This document shows positions 1-9,501 of a stretch of 64,000 nt of DNA, in pieces. Source of the stretch: Aureliella sp. (GTDB lineage Bacteria; Planctomycetota; Planctomycetia; Pirellulales; Pirellulaceae); NCBI GenBank assembly GCA_963691875.1, contig OY829846.1:2304001-2368000 (forward strand), written 5' to 3'. Numbering within the stretch: the stretch's first letter is position 1; each line of letters begins with the position of its first letter. The position numbers and the translations under genes were made by a program. The notes beneath the pieces were generated by a model, which was not told where the DNA came from, made no database searches, and saw only the letters and a list, made by a program, of their open reading frames with translations.

Positions 1-265
1 TTCCGCCCAAGCGCCTAACTCGCTTTCGAAGGCCGCCAAACAACTCAGGCTCCCTACCGGTTTTGGTGAAAGCCACCTCGCGGTAGCTGCTCGCTCTGCC
101 GCCAAGTTCATTTCTAGACAGCGCACGATATGAGTGCTTTTCCTCCTCGCGAGTTCCTACTTCTTGCTCCATAGAGAACCGCGAGGAATTCGTCTGCGAG
201 ACTCCCAAGTCTGCACACAATCGTCTCTATTCTCAGGACTAGAGCCTCAAACCCAAGGAAACTTT

Positions 266-1573
266 ATGAACCAAGCAGTAGAAAACACCTCGAACAGCCT
301 TTGGAGTCGCTGGTCCAAGATCCCTCTCTACTGGCGCATTCTTGTTTTTATGCTCATCGGAGTCGGCCTTGGCGTTGCGATGGGCGAGCATGCGTTGATC
401 TTCAAACCCGTCAGTGAAGTCATCCTGCAGCTACTCGCTGCCCTTGCACCTCCACTGATTCTGATGGCAGTGGTGCATGTTTTGATGACTTCAGATATTC
501 CGCGCAGTGCCATTTTCAGGCTCGGTGGATTGTTAATACTGAACACTCTTGTCGCGATCTGTATCGGCCTGGGCGTCGCAAACCTTCTCAGGCCAGGAGT
601 ATCAGAGGACACCCAAAAAGCTGCGGAGCAGCAAGCGTCAGAAGAAGTTGTTAAGAGAACAGAAGAGTTCGACGCTGCGAACGAATTGGCCGCCAATCCA
701 TTGGGAGAACTCCTCGGAAAACTCCCCAAGAGTTTGCTTGGGCCGTTGGGCGACAGTCAAAATGTCATCGGAGTCATAGTTATTGCCGTGGCATTCGGGA
801 TAGCACTTCGGAAAATAAAAGATGAACCGATCGGGACTATTCAAGAGCTTATCGAGATCGCTTACAAGACGCTATTGATTGTACTGCACTGGATCATCGA
901 GCTCGTTCCGCTCGGAGTGCTTTGTGTGGTTGCGTCAGTGGTGGGCGAGAAAGGCTTCGAGCCCTTTATCGGACTCGCATGGTTCGTTCTCGCTGTCTTG
1001 CTCGGCCTCTTCCTGCAAACCTGTTGGTACCTATTGCGAATCCAGTTCTTCTCTTGGGCCTCTCCTTGGAAAGTGCTCATTGGAATGAGGGACGCATTGG
1101 TGATGGCTTTCAGCACGGGCAGTTCCACCGCATCCATGCCTGTCACCTACGCTTGCTTGAAAGACAAAGTAGGGGTGAGAGAAAAGTCCGCCAGTTTGGG
1201 TTCCTTGGTCGGTGCCAACTTCAACAATGACGGTACTGCACTCTATGAAGCGATGGCAGCATTGTTCGTCGCACAATTGTATGGCATCGACCTCGGCTTC
1301 CCAGAACAACTCACCATCGTTTTCACGTCGATCATCGCAAGTGTCGGTGCAGCTGGAATTCCGGAAGCCGGTGTCGTGACTATGATGCTCGTATTCAATG
1401 CAGTCGGTCTGCCGCTGGAAGCTATTAGCATGTTGCTTGCCGTCGACTGGTTTCTAGACCGCTGCCGAACAACGATCAACGTCATTGGCGATGTCAATGT
1501 GAGTTGTATGCTGGACGGTCGTACTCCTCAGTCCGAGGAGGACAAGAAAGCCGCCGTAGCTGTAGCTGGCTAA
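266..1573 (+). CDS. Dicarboxylate/amino acid:cation symporter (DAACS, GltP/DctA family)
   Basis: Multi-TM protein with AFSTGSSTASMP, GANFNNDGTALYE, SVGAAGIP and AVDWFLDRCRT motifs. ATG 266 follows AAGGA and is preferred over the ORF start at 134. Confidence 0.93.
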   Translation: MNQAVENTSNSLWSRWSKIPLYWRILVFMLIGVGLGVAMGEHALIFKPVSEVILQLLAALAPPLILMAVVHVLMTSDIPRSAIFRLGGLLILNTLVAICIGLGVANLLRPGVSEDTQKAAEQQASEEVVKRTEEFDAANELAANPLGELLGKLPKSLLGPLGDSQNVIGVIVIAVAFGIALRKIKDEPIGTIQELIEIAYKTLLIVLHWIIELVPLGVLCVVASVVGEKGFEPFIGLAWFVLAVLLGLFLQTCWYLLRIQFFSWASPWKVLIGMRDALVMAFSTGSSTASMPVTYACLKDKVGVREKSASLGSLVGANFNNDGTALYEAMAALFVAQLYGIDLGFPEQLTIVFTSIIASVGAAGIPEAGVVTMMLVFNAVGLPLEAISMLLAVDWFLDRCRTTINVIGDVNVSCMLDGRTPQSEEDKKAAVAVAG

Positions 1574-1616
1574 GCTTTCTATGGTGAAACGCAAACCATT
1601 GCTAAGCAATAAACGA

Positions 1617-1654
1617 AACGGTTCGCTGTGACCAGCGAACCGTTCTTTCATTTT
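1617..1654 (+). terminator. Intrinsic terminator after the symporter
   Basis: Perfect 12-bp stem AACGGTTCGCTG-TGAC-CAGCGAACCGTT followed by CTTTCATTTT. Confidence 0.75.
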
Positions 1655-1780
1655 GTGGCTCTCTTCACAAGAGATTTTGAAACGCGTCCTCTTTGTCCAG
1701 AATCTGCTAGAATCCGGAGCCCAAGCACCGAGGGACCTACGTGATGCCTAGTCGTGATCCTGGCAGCTTTGAGAACAACG

Positions 1781-3031
1781 ATGCACCGAAGAAAATTCCA
1801 AACAGTGGCCGTACTAGCCGCCTCTGGCCTAGCCACATCCGGTCGAGGATTCGCATCTTTCGCTGGCGACAACGCGTTTCTGAGACAACCGGTGAAGGGT
1901 CTTCTTGTCGGAGGTTTGATTGGCGATGCGTTGGGTGGCCCCATCGAGTTTCGCGAGCCTGACGGCGAACTAACTGGCTTATGCGATGCCAGAAAATGGC
2001 CAGACAAGCAGAAGATCAGCCCTTTACTTCTATCTGATCTCGGTCATGAAATTCCACTGACGAGCTACGCTGCTCTGCGTCCTGACACTGCGGCATACGG
2101 TCCTTGGCGAGTGCGAGCAAAGGCTGGCACACTCACCGACGATTCACGACATAAGATTGTCTTACTGCGAGCGATAGCGGCAGCCTGCAACGCCAAAGTT
2201 GCTCTCGATGAGAACATCCTGGCGCAGGCTTTTCTCGACTTCGCACCGGAACCGCAGGCAGACACGCCTAACTTAGATGCGCTCGTTGAGGAAGGCCTCC
2301 GCGAGTACCGCTATGCAGCCCGTTGGATTCTTGGCGAAAGAGACCCCAATTTGGCTCGCCCGCTAGCGCGCCTGTGGTCAGGTGTTAACAATTGTTCCGG
2401 ACAAATGTTACTGCCACCGCTGGCAGCGGGGTTTGCAGGTGATCCAGACGCTGCCTATCGCAAAACTTTTAAGCTGGATTTCGTCGACGCCGGACAAGCG
2501 AAGGATTTTACCAGTGCTTTGGTTGCTGGTTTATCATCCGTCCTAACGCCCAAAGCACGCGGCTTGAGTACCGACGAGCGCTGGCAGCTCATTCTCAAGA
2601 CAATGCGTGACACGGATCCTTTTGGATATCGCGACGTACCGTTTGCTGGTCGACGACTTGAAAAGTGGCTCGATAAGGCACTGGAGCTCGCCGGTCGAGC
2701 CAACAAAAGCCCGAAAAAGCTATACGAGCTGCTCGAGTCCGAAGGCAAGCCAGTATTCTGGTGGGACGCTCATTTCACCTTGCTTGTGCCGCTCGCGATG
2801 CTTCACTTCTGCGACTATAACAGCTTGGCGGCAATGCACCTGACACTTGATTTTGGGCACGATACGGATTCGTACGCGCAAGTGCTCGGTTGCCTTGCAG
2901 GCGCCGTCGAAGGGTCAAATATTTTCCCAGCAAATATGCAAGAGGCAGTCCAATCGACCTTGGCCGAAGACTACGGCGAATCGCTCGACGCTTGGCTTGA
3001 TCTACTTCAAAAAAGAGAATGGAAGACTTGA
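1781..3031 (+). CDS. ADP-ribosylglycohydrolase (ARH/DraG) family protein with Tat-like signal
   Basis: GGLIGDALG, LTDDS and GHDTDS metal-binding motifs. N-terminus MHRRKFQTVAVLAASGLA. Confidence 0.85.
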   Translation: MHRRKFQTVAVLAASGLATSGRGFASFAGDNAFLRQPVKGLLVGGLIGDALGGPIEFREPDGELTGLCDARKWPDKQKISPLLLSDLGHEIPLTSYAALRPDTAAYGPWRVRAKAGTLTDDSRHKIVLLRAIAAACNAKVALDENILAQAFLDFAPEPQADTPNLDALVEEGLREYRYAARWILGERDPNLARPLARLWSGVNNCSGQMLLPPLAAGFAGDPDAAYRKTFKLDFVDAGQAKDFTSALVAGLSSVLTPKARGLSTDERWQLILKTMRDTDPFGYRDVPFAGRRLEKWLDKALELAGRANKSPKKLYELLESEGKPVFWWDAHFTLLVPLAMLHFCDYNSLAAMHLTLDFGHDTDSYAQVLGCLAGAVEGSNIFPANMQEAVQSTLAEDYGESLDAWLDLLQKREWKT

Positions 3032-4053
3032 TGGAGCCGATTTGGATTGATAGCACTTCGACCGAAACAGTTCGAGAAGTGCTGGCATTATGCGGCATTC
3101 TCCAGGAAGACGAGCAGATTAGCGAGTTATCCTCTGCTGGCGAAGGCAATATGAACATTGCTTTGCGAGCAAATATCAGCGGCGCTTCGGGCTCTCGCTC
3201 GATCATCGTGAAGCAGGCGCGGCCCTATGTGGCGAAGTACCGGCAGATTCCAGCCCCCATTGAGCGGGTCGCATTCGAGTCTGCGTTTTACGATTTCGTC
3301 GAAGATGACGAAGTTCTTGCGAAAAGAATGCCTCAACGCTTGACTTCAAATTCCGACCATTTTCTCTTAGCGCTAGAGGACCTAGGGCCGGCCGCAGATG
3401 CGACAAGTTGGTACCAAGCGACACCGAGCAATATTGTGGGACAGGTCACAGAATTGCTAGACTGGCTGTTCGTCTTGCACCAAACTTCGCGAGGGAAAGT
3501 CGATGAGCATCGATTCGGGAATCACGAACTGAGAGCACTGAATCACGCTCACATATTCGACCTTCCTTTTCGGGATCCTGCTGCAACGGACCTCGGGCAA
3601 TTTTGTGTCGGACTTAGCGAAGCCAGCCTTGAAGTCAGGTCGGACCAAGCACTTCGCGGCGCCGCCCTGAAGCTTGGCGAATGTTACCTTGGCAGCGGTC
3701 ATTGCTTACTGCACGGCGACTACTATCCAGGAAGCTGGTTGGTAAGCGGAGCAATGCCGATGGTGATTGACCCTGAGTTCTGTTTTGCAGGTCCGTGTGA
3801 GTTCGATTTGGGCATTATGTTGGGGCATCTACAGTTAATTGGACACCTCGAAGCCAGTCAGACTTTTGAACAACAGATCGAAATGCATAACACTTCAGCC
3901 AACATAGTAGACCTTGACCTGATGCATCGATTCGCGGCGGTAGAAGTGCTGCGGCGTCTACTTGGTGTAGCCCAGCTGCCACTGGGTGAGATGAGCCTCG
4001 ACCGACGCATGGAACTGATCACCAACGCAAGCGACACACTAAAAGATCATTGA
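3019..4053 (+). CDS. Methylthioribose-kinase-like phosphotransferase (APH/choline kinase fold)
   Basis: GEGNMN, IVKQARPY, LLHGDYYPGS and VIDPEF motifs typical of MtnK-like kinases. Overlaps the ARH stop; ATG 3031 is an alternative start. Confidence 0.8.
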   Translation: MEDLMEPIWIDSTSTETVREVLALCGILQEDEQISELSSAGEGNMNIALRANISGASGSRSIIVKQARPYVAKYRQIPAPIERVAFESAFYDFVEDDEVLAKRMPQRLTSNSDHFLLALEDLGPAADATSWYQATPSNIVGQVTELLDWLFVLHQTSRGKVDEHRFGNHELRALNHAHIFDLPFRDPAATDLGQFCVGLSEASLEVRSDQALRGAALKLGECYLGSGHCLLHGDYYPGSWLVSGAMPMVIDPEFCFAGPCEFDLGIMLGHLQLIGHLEASQTFEQQIEMHNTSANIVDLDLMHRFAAVEVLRRLLGVAQLPLGEMSLDRRMELITNASDTLKDH

Positions 4054-4113
4054 GTCAGAATTCGCTCCGGATCAATCAATCGCGGACGCACCAAACAAGA
4101 ACGGAATCTAGCA

Positions 4114-4686
4114 ATGGACGGCCTGAATATCCAACAACAGGACTTTGTCACTTCGTTGCAGTCACGCTCACGTGGTGAAATAAAGTCGCTGTTCCGCGAC
4201 TGTGATCCGCCCGAGCTTCTGAAGCTCCGCGGCGAATTCAAAGCAATGCTACTGTCCCAGGGAAACGCATTGCTTGATGGAATCACCAGCCGAGCCTTCA
4301 AGCTGTACGGCGATTGGACAGGAAAAGCATTCTGCGGAACCAGTGAGACAACGGGATTTGGCTACAACTGCTTTGCATCGAAGAGAGGCTCTATCGCAAA
4401 GCTATTTATGGATCTCCGCATCGGCCCTTCAAATTGGACTGCAGGGGATTCCATGTACTTAGAATATGGGTATCGAAACCGCGGGCTAATTCGCTGGCTG
4501 GAAGGCGAGGTTCGTCAAGCAATGCCGGGAGTTTTGCTGGGCTTTGGTTCCTTTGGAGTCAAGGTTGGAAAACGCGACAAACTTCGCCGCCGGATTCCTT
4601 TTCTGCTCTACGGCCCGACAGCCGACTTCCTGTTTGCCAGCGAGCCCATTCGAGGTAATCCGACCCCTACTTCTGCTGCGGCATAG
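4114..4686 (+). CDS. Hypothetical protein (WTGKAF...GYN motif)
   Basis: 190-aa ORF in operon orientation with protein-like composition; function not recognised. Confidence 0.6.
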   Translation: MDGLNIQQQDFVTSLQSRSRGEIKSLFRDCDPPELLKLRGEFKAMLLSQGNALLDGITSRAFKLYGDWTGKAFCGTSETTGFGYNCFASKRGSIAKLFMDLRIGPSNWTAGDSMYLEYGYRNRGLIRWLEGEVRQAMPGVLLGFGSFGVKVGKRDKLRRRIPFLLYGPTADFLFASEPIRGNPTPTSAAA

Positions 4687-4753
4687 GTTTCTGCCACGGG
4701 GCAAGCTGTAGTCCCGTCGATTGCTCGGAGCTAGTGCATACGAGCATCTGCCT

Positions 4754-6178
4754 TTAGTCCAATCGCAATTGCTCGATGCGTCGGAGCAGGCGAGGGCGGC
4801 TAATGTCGAGCCAACGAGCGGCCTGAGCCCTGTTGCGAGGCGAGAGTTTCAAGGCGCGGCGAAGAATGATCTTTTCCAGTTCAAGAAGAACTTCGTCGAG
4901 CGAAACGGGCTCCACCATCTGACTTGAGTCGCCCGCGGCACTGGATACAAAACTACGAACCTCGACGGGTAAATGGCTCGTCTGTATCGATTTGGTTAGC
5001 ACCGAAAGCTGCACCGCAGTCTTTATCGTTTCAGAGAGCTGATTCAAATTGCGAGGCCAGCTAAAGGCCTCCAACAAGTCCATTGCCTCGGAGGAAATCG
5101 AAAGCATGGCGCGATCAGCTTTACGACAGGCTGCGGCCAGGAATTGCTGAGCCAGCACGGCGATGTCTTCTCGACGCTGTGACAACCCAGGCAACTCCAG
5201 TTCATGAACTGTCACGCGATTGAGCAACTCCTGCCAATTTGGGTTCCTTGCGACGAGGTCCGAGGCACCAATTCTGCTGATTGCGGCAACCGTGATTAGA
5301 TTTTGGTGCGAATCCAAATACTTGACCAAGACATCAATACTGGGATCGCTCGCTTCGTGCAGATTCTCAAGCACCAATTGCTGAGCCATTTTAGGTTGGT
5401 CGGCACGCAGACGCCCTTGGAACACTTCGAGCATCCCAGCAACCAATTCGGCATCCAGCACGGCAAGATCAATCGGGAAGTATTGTCCGGTCACGGGATT
5501 CAATCCACGATTTTCCAGTCGGCCGACAAAAATAGCTTGGCACAAATCTGACTTGCCGACATTTTGTGGTCCATGGATCAGCAGATTGGCTTCACTGCGA
5601 ATGGCAAGTTGGGCTCGTTCCATCGCCAGTCCAATGCTTGAGCTGCTTCCCAGAAGAGAAACCAGTCCATCCAGTTTTGGCCAGCGACTACGTATCTCGG
5701 CCAATGTTTGCTCGGCACCAGAGTCTTGAGAGTCTCTCTTGGCGACTTGTGACTGAAATTCCTCCCAATCCCCAAGAGCGACCAGCATTAATTCGACAAC
5801 GTGATCTTCGCCAAAGAGCGGCAAGAACAACTGCCCGGTAGCCGAACAACCAGCGATTGGCGCGGTCAACTTTCGCGTCGTGATGACTCCTTCGCGAGCA
5901 GCTGCGGGTGGCGCGAAGGCCGACAAAATCGGAGCGTAGGGCGTGCTATCGGTTGGGAGATCCCAGCTTGTTTGTTTGCCGACAAGCGAAGTTGCTTCGG
6001 TATCACATAGTCGGCACAACGGGGCATTTACGAAAAGAAATTGCCCTTTGTGATCCAATACAGCCATTGGCTTGTCTAGCAGGTCGAGCTGCTTGGCGAG
6101 CTGGCGGCTGTTGCCACCACGAATTTCCTTAGTCATCGGGCAGAGTGCCAATTCGAGTGAACGGGTCAGAGCAATCAC
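4754..6178 (-). CDS. PAS + degenerate sigma54-type AAA + Fis-HTH transcriptional regulator
   Basis: N-terminal PAS (DHKGQFLFVN), LLGSS, GPQNVGKS, LPGLSQRREDI, SWPRNLNQL and C-terminal NRAQAARWLDISRPRLLRRI. Confidence 0.8.
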   Translation of the reverse strand: MIALTRSLELALCPMTKEIRGGNSRQLAKQLDLLDKPMAVLDHKGQFLFVNAPLCRLCDTEATSLVGKQTSWDLPTDSTPYAPILSAFAPPAAAREGVITTRKLTAPIAGCSATGQLFLPLFGEDHVVELMLVALGDWEEFQSQVAKRDSQDSGAEQTLAEIRSRWPKLDGLVSLLGSSSSIGLAMERAQLAIRSEANLLIHGPQNVGKSDLCQAIFVGRLENRGLNPVTGQYFPIDLAVLDAELVAGMLEVFQGRLRADQPKMAQQLVLENLHEASDPSIDVLVKYLDSHQNLITVAAISRIGASDLVARNPNWQELLNRVTVHELELPGLSQRREDIAVLAQQFLAAACRKADRAMLSISSEAMDLLEAFSWPRNLNQLSETIKTAVQLSVLTKSIQTSHLPVEVRSFVSSAAGDSSQMVEPVSLDEVLLELEKIILRRALKLSPRNRAQAARWLDISRPRLLRRIEQLRLD

Positions 6179-6380
6179 GCGCAGTTATACACCAAAATCA
6201 CTTGTGCTTATGTAGCGACTGAACCAGCAGTTCCTATCCTGCCTGACTCGGCGAAACGTCCCCGATGCCCGTTGCGGATCGCCATCGCCACCTTGTCGAA
6301 AAGCGACACCTCAGGTAGCTTTTTTCAGGTTAAAAGTAGGAATGCAAGTTAGTCCGTCCCTTTCCGAGCAAGAGAGAAAA

Positions 6381-7634
6381 ATGTCCGCAGGTACTTCCCA
6401 AGATCCATACTTCCAACAGCTATTTGCCAATCGCATTGGCGGGGCGAACTACGGAAAAGGCACAGCGATCTACAAGTTTGAGAAGATCAAGCGGGCGAAG
6501 CGAAAGGCACTCGAGGATTACCCGGATCGGGAGCTGATCGATTTCGGTATTGGCGAAAACGACAGTATGGCAGGAGCCGCGGTCCGCGAGCGAATGCAAG
6601 CCGAAATCAACAAGCCGGAGAATCGGGGGTACGCGGACAATGGCGTTGGGGATTTCAAGCAAGCTGCTGCCCGCTTCATGAAGAATCGTTTCGGAGTCGA
6701 GCTAGACGCAGACTCCGAGATCAATCACTGCATCGGGAGTAAGACTGCTCTCTCGATGCTACCGGCCTGCTTCATTAACCCGGGTGACGTGACTCTGATG
6801 ACCGTGCCTGGCTATCCCGTCGCTGGAACTCACACCAAGTACTACGGCGGCGAAGTGCATCCCTTGCCACTCTTGGCTGAAAATGACTTCTTTCCCGACT
6901 TTGATTCGATTGGTGATGAAGTCTGGCAACGTACAAAAATGTTGGTAATCAACTACCCCAATAGTCCAACCGGCAAAACTGCAACAAAGGAATTCTACGC
7001 AAAAGTTGTGGAGCTCGCCAAGAAGCATGAGTTTATCGTGGTTCAGGATGCAGCACACACGGTGTTGACCTTTGACGGAGATCCGTTGAGCTTTCTGGCT
7101 GTAGAGGGTGCAAAGGACGTCGGTGTCGAAGTGCATTCGCTCAGCAAGGGCTTTGACATGATCGGCTGGCGGATCGGTTGGGTTTGCGGAAACGCTACGC
7201 TGGTGCGCGCCTTTGCGGATGTCAAGGACAACTGTGACAGCGGTCAGTTCGCAGCGATTCAGCAGGCAGCGGTGACCGCTTTGGATGACCCTTCGATCCC
7301 AGATGGAGTTCGCGAAAAGTATCGGCGTCGGATGCAAAAGTTGGTAGCGACTCTGCAAGGCTGCGGTTTTGATTGCGAGATGCCCGGCGGCAGTTACTTT
7401 TTGTATACACCTGCACCGGTTTCCGCCCATGGTGGAGCTAGCTTTGCCAACGGTGAAGATGCCAGTCAACACTTAATTACACAGAAGTCCATCATTACCG
7501 TACCTTGGGACGAAGCTGGACCATTTCTGCGTTTCTCCGTCACCTATGAAGCTGCAGATGAAGCTGCTGAAGACGCTTTGATGGCAGAAACAGCAGCTCG
7601 ACTCAACGACCTCGGCCTCGTCTTTTCATCGTAG
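6381..7634 (+). CDS. dapL: LL-diaminopimelate aminotransferase (class I/II PLP enzyme)
   Basis: NYPNSPTG, VQDAAH and SLSKGFDMIGWRIG motifs; YKFEKIKRAKR N-terminus of this DapL subtype. Confidence 0.85.
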   Translation: MSAGTSQDPYFQQLFANRIGGANYGKGTAIYKFEKIKRAKRKALEDYPDRELIDFGIGENDSMAGAAVRERMQAEINKPENRGYADNGVGDFKQAAARFMKNRFGVELDADSEINHCIGSKTALSMLPACFINPGDVTLMTVPGYPVAGTHTKYYGGEVHPLPLLAENDFFPDFDSIGDEVWQRTKMLVINYPNSPTGKTATKEFYAKVVELAKKHEFIVVQDAAHTVLTFDGDPLSFLAVEGAKDVGVEVHSLSKGFDMIGWRIGWVCGNATLVRAFADVKDNCDSGQFAAIQQAAVTALDDPSIPDGVREKYRRRMQKLVATLQGCGFDCEMPGGSYFLYTPAPVSAHGGASFANGEDASQHLITQKSIITVPWDEAGPFLRFSVTYEAADEAAEDALMAETAARLNDLGLVFSS

Positions 7635-7718
7635 CAGGATTCGCCAGAATTCCTTCCTCCTCGACTTTTTCGTAATCGCGTGAACTGTCGTTTGATTTTG
7701 CATTCGACAATTCAGAGA

Positions 7719-9287
7719 CTACGTGTCTTTCAAAACAACATCCTCCGGTTCGATATTCGTCAGCAATTCTTTTGTCAGCGGAGACACTCCGACGATTCTG
7801 GTTGAAAGCCGCTGGATCGAATCTTCAAACATATTGCGAGCGACACGACCATTCCCAAACGACTCGTCTTTTTGCTTTAGCAGCCTATCGAAGCTTTTGA
7901 GCAGTTTGATGCGTGTTGGCTTAGGTAGCCGGTAGTGGTACTTGCGACAGAAGGTGTAGAAGATCCTGAGCAGCTCTTTAGGCGAGTAGTCGGGGAAGCT
8001 ATAGGTCCTCTGAAATCGAGAGGATAGGCCCGGATTGCTTTTCAGCATCTCTGCCATCGGCCGTGGGTAGCCAGCGATCACTACGACAAAACGATCGCGA
8101 TCATCCTCCATACGCTTGAGTAGCGTTTGGACGGCTTCGACACCGTAGGCATCTTCACCTTGTTCGCTAACCAAGCTGTACGCTTCGTCGATGAATAAGA
8201 CGCCTCCCATAGCTTCGTCAACACGTTCGCTGGTGCGTGGACCGGTTTGCCCCGCGTACTGCGCGACCATCCCGGAACGATCTGTTTCAACGGTGTGCCC
8301 CGCCTCCAAAATGCCTAGTCCGCAGAGTAGACGGGAAATGATACGAGCCACCGTTGTCTTGCCGGTGCCGGGATTGCCTTCAAAAACTGCATGAAAGCTG
8401 ATCGCCGCGTTTGGCAAGCCGTGTTCTTTCCTTGCTTTCTGGACTTGCAGAAAGTCCATCAACTGCTTCACATCTTCTTTCAGCGAGTCGAGCCCGATCA
8501 ACGAGTCTAACTCCTGCCGAGCTCCCTGAAACATCCGCTCTTTCCCCTCCTCCGCCGGAAGAGCAATAGACGCACGCGCCGAGTTAACATCATCAGCAGA
8601 GTCTTTCTTTTTTCCAGCGCAAATTGACTCGACGACAGCTGCATTCGCTCCACCTAGGATCTGAGCATTTTTTCTAATGCGAGCTTGACTGCCGCTTTGA
8701 TTGACTCGAGAAGTGGACTCCAAGGTTGCAGTGAGATCTTCGGTTAGTTTCTCAAGTCGTTGCATCTCCGCTGGCGAGACGCGTCCATCTGCTTTGGCAA
8801 TAACGTTGGCGAGACGCACAACCAGAGATCGCAGTTCGACTGATTCGTGTCTCAGAAAGCCATGTTGTAAGAAGGGTTTGCACAGCTCAGACCACTTCAA
8901 GACCTCTGCATGCTTCACAACATTTTGAAGTGCCTTGTACAACCCTTCTTCGTCGATCTGCACTCCCCACACGTGTCTCAGCACGATCATGGCTACTTCA
9001 CGTTCCGGCTGATTCCACTGGCGATCAGCATGGGCGATTTCTACCAGCGTCTTCACCACAACTCCGCGATGAAGATCAGCTAAGAGTTCCAAGTACTTTT
9101 GTGAGTCTTGGGTGGAATCAGAGCCATACTCCAGGATGCGGCGACCGGCCGAAGCATACAGCGATTGGCAGTCCTGCAGCAGCTGCATCAAACTGCGTTC
9201 GATACCGCGCGGGAGTACACTAGTTTCAACGGGCACCAGCTCTTGTTCGAAGAGATCATTTATCCAGTCAATCATCATCAAAACCAC
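7719..9287 (-). CDS. CbbX/SpoVK-family AAA+ ATPase with N-terminal TerB-like repeats
   Basis: FEGNPGTGKTTVAR, GGVLFIDEAYSL, NPGLSSRF and FGNGRVARN; N-terminal IAHADRQW...E and IAKADGRVSPAE segments. Exact start uncertain. Confidence 0.88.
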   Translation of the reverse strand: MVLMMIDWINDLFEQELVPVETSVLPRGIERSLMQLLQDCQSLYASAGRRILEYGSDSTQDSQKYLELLADLHRGVVVKTLVEIAHADRQWNQPEREVAMIVLRHVWGVQIDEEGLYKALQNVVKHAEVLKWSELCKPFLQHGFLRHESVELRSLVVRLANVIAKADGRVSPAEMQRLEKLTEDLTATLESTSRVNQSGSQARIRKNAQILGGANAAVVESICAGKKKDSADDVNSARASIALPAEEGKERMFQGARQELDSLIGLDSLKEDVKQLMDFLQVQKARKEHGLPNAAISFHAVFEGNPGTGKTTVARIISRLLCGLGILEAGHTVETDRSGMVAQYAGQTGPRTSERVDEAMGGVLFIDEAYSLVSEQGEDAYGVEAVQTLLKRMEDDRDRFVVVIAGYPRPMAEMLKSNPGLSSRFQRTYSFPDYSPKELLRIFYTFCRKYHYRLPKPTRIKLLKSFDRLLKQKDESFGNGRVARNMFEDSIQRLSTRIVGVSPLTKELLTNIEPEDVVLKDT

Positions 9288-9501
9288 TCGGTCTAGAGTT
9301 GAAACCGATCAACAATAATGATCATAGTGGATTCGCACTTTTCCTAAAGACGTTGGCGACAAATCAATTGGCCTGGGAAATACCATGACCGTGATTAGGA
9401 ATTGCAGAGGGTAGCCATCGCTTGCGACCGCTATTTTGATATTCTTTTACGACTCGGCTGTGTCTCAGACTCACAAATCGTCTCCCAGACGCTCGGCGTG
9501 T

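Noticed and set aside
55..100. Possible degenerate REP-like sequence at the window start
   Set aside because: No clear inverted partner within the window; similarity to the other copies is weak.
6759..7472. Long antisense ORFs, also 17640-18407, 52510-53202 and 12818-13450
   Set aside because: Shadows of well-supported genes on the opposite strand, with no recognisable motifs.
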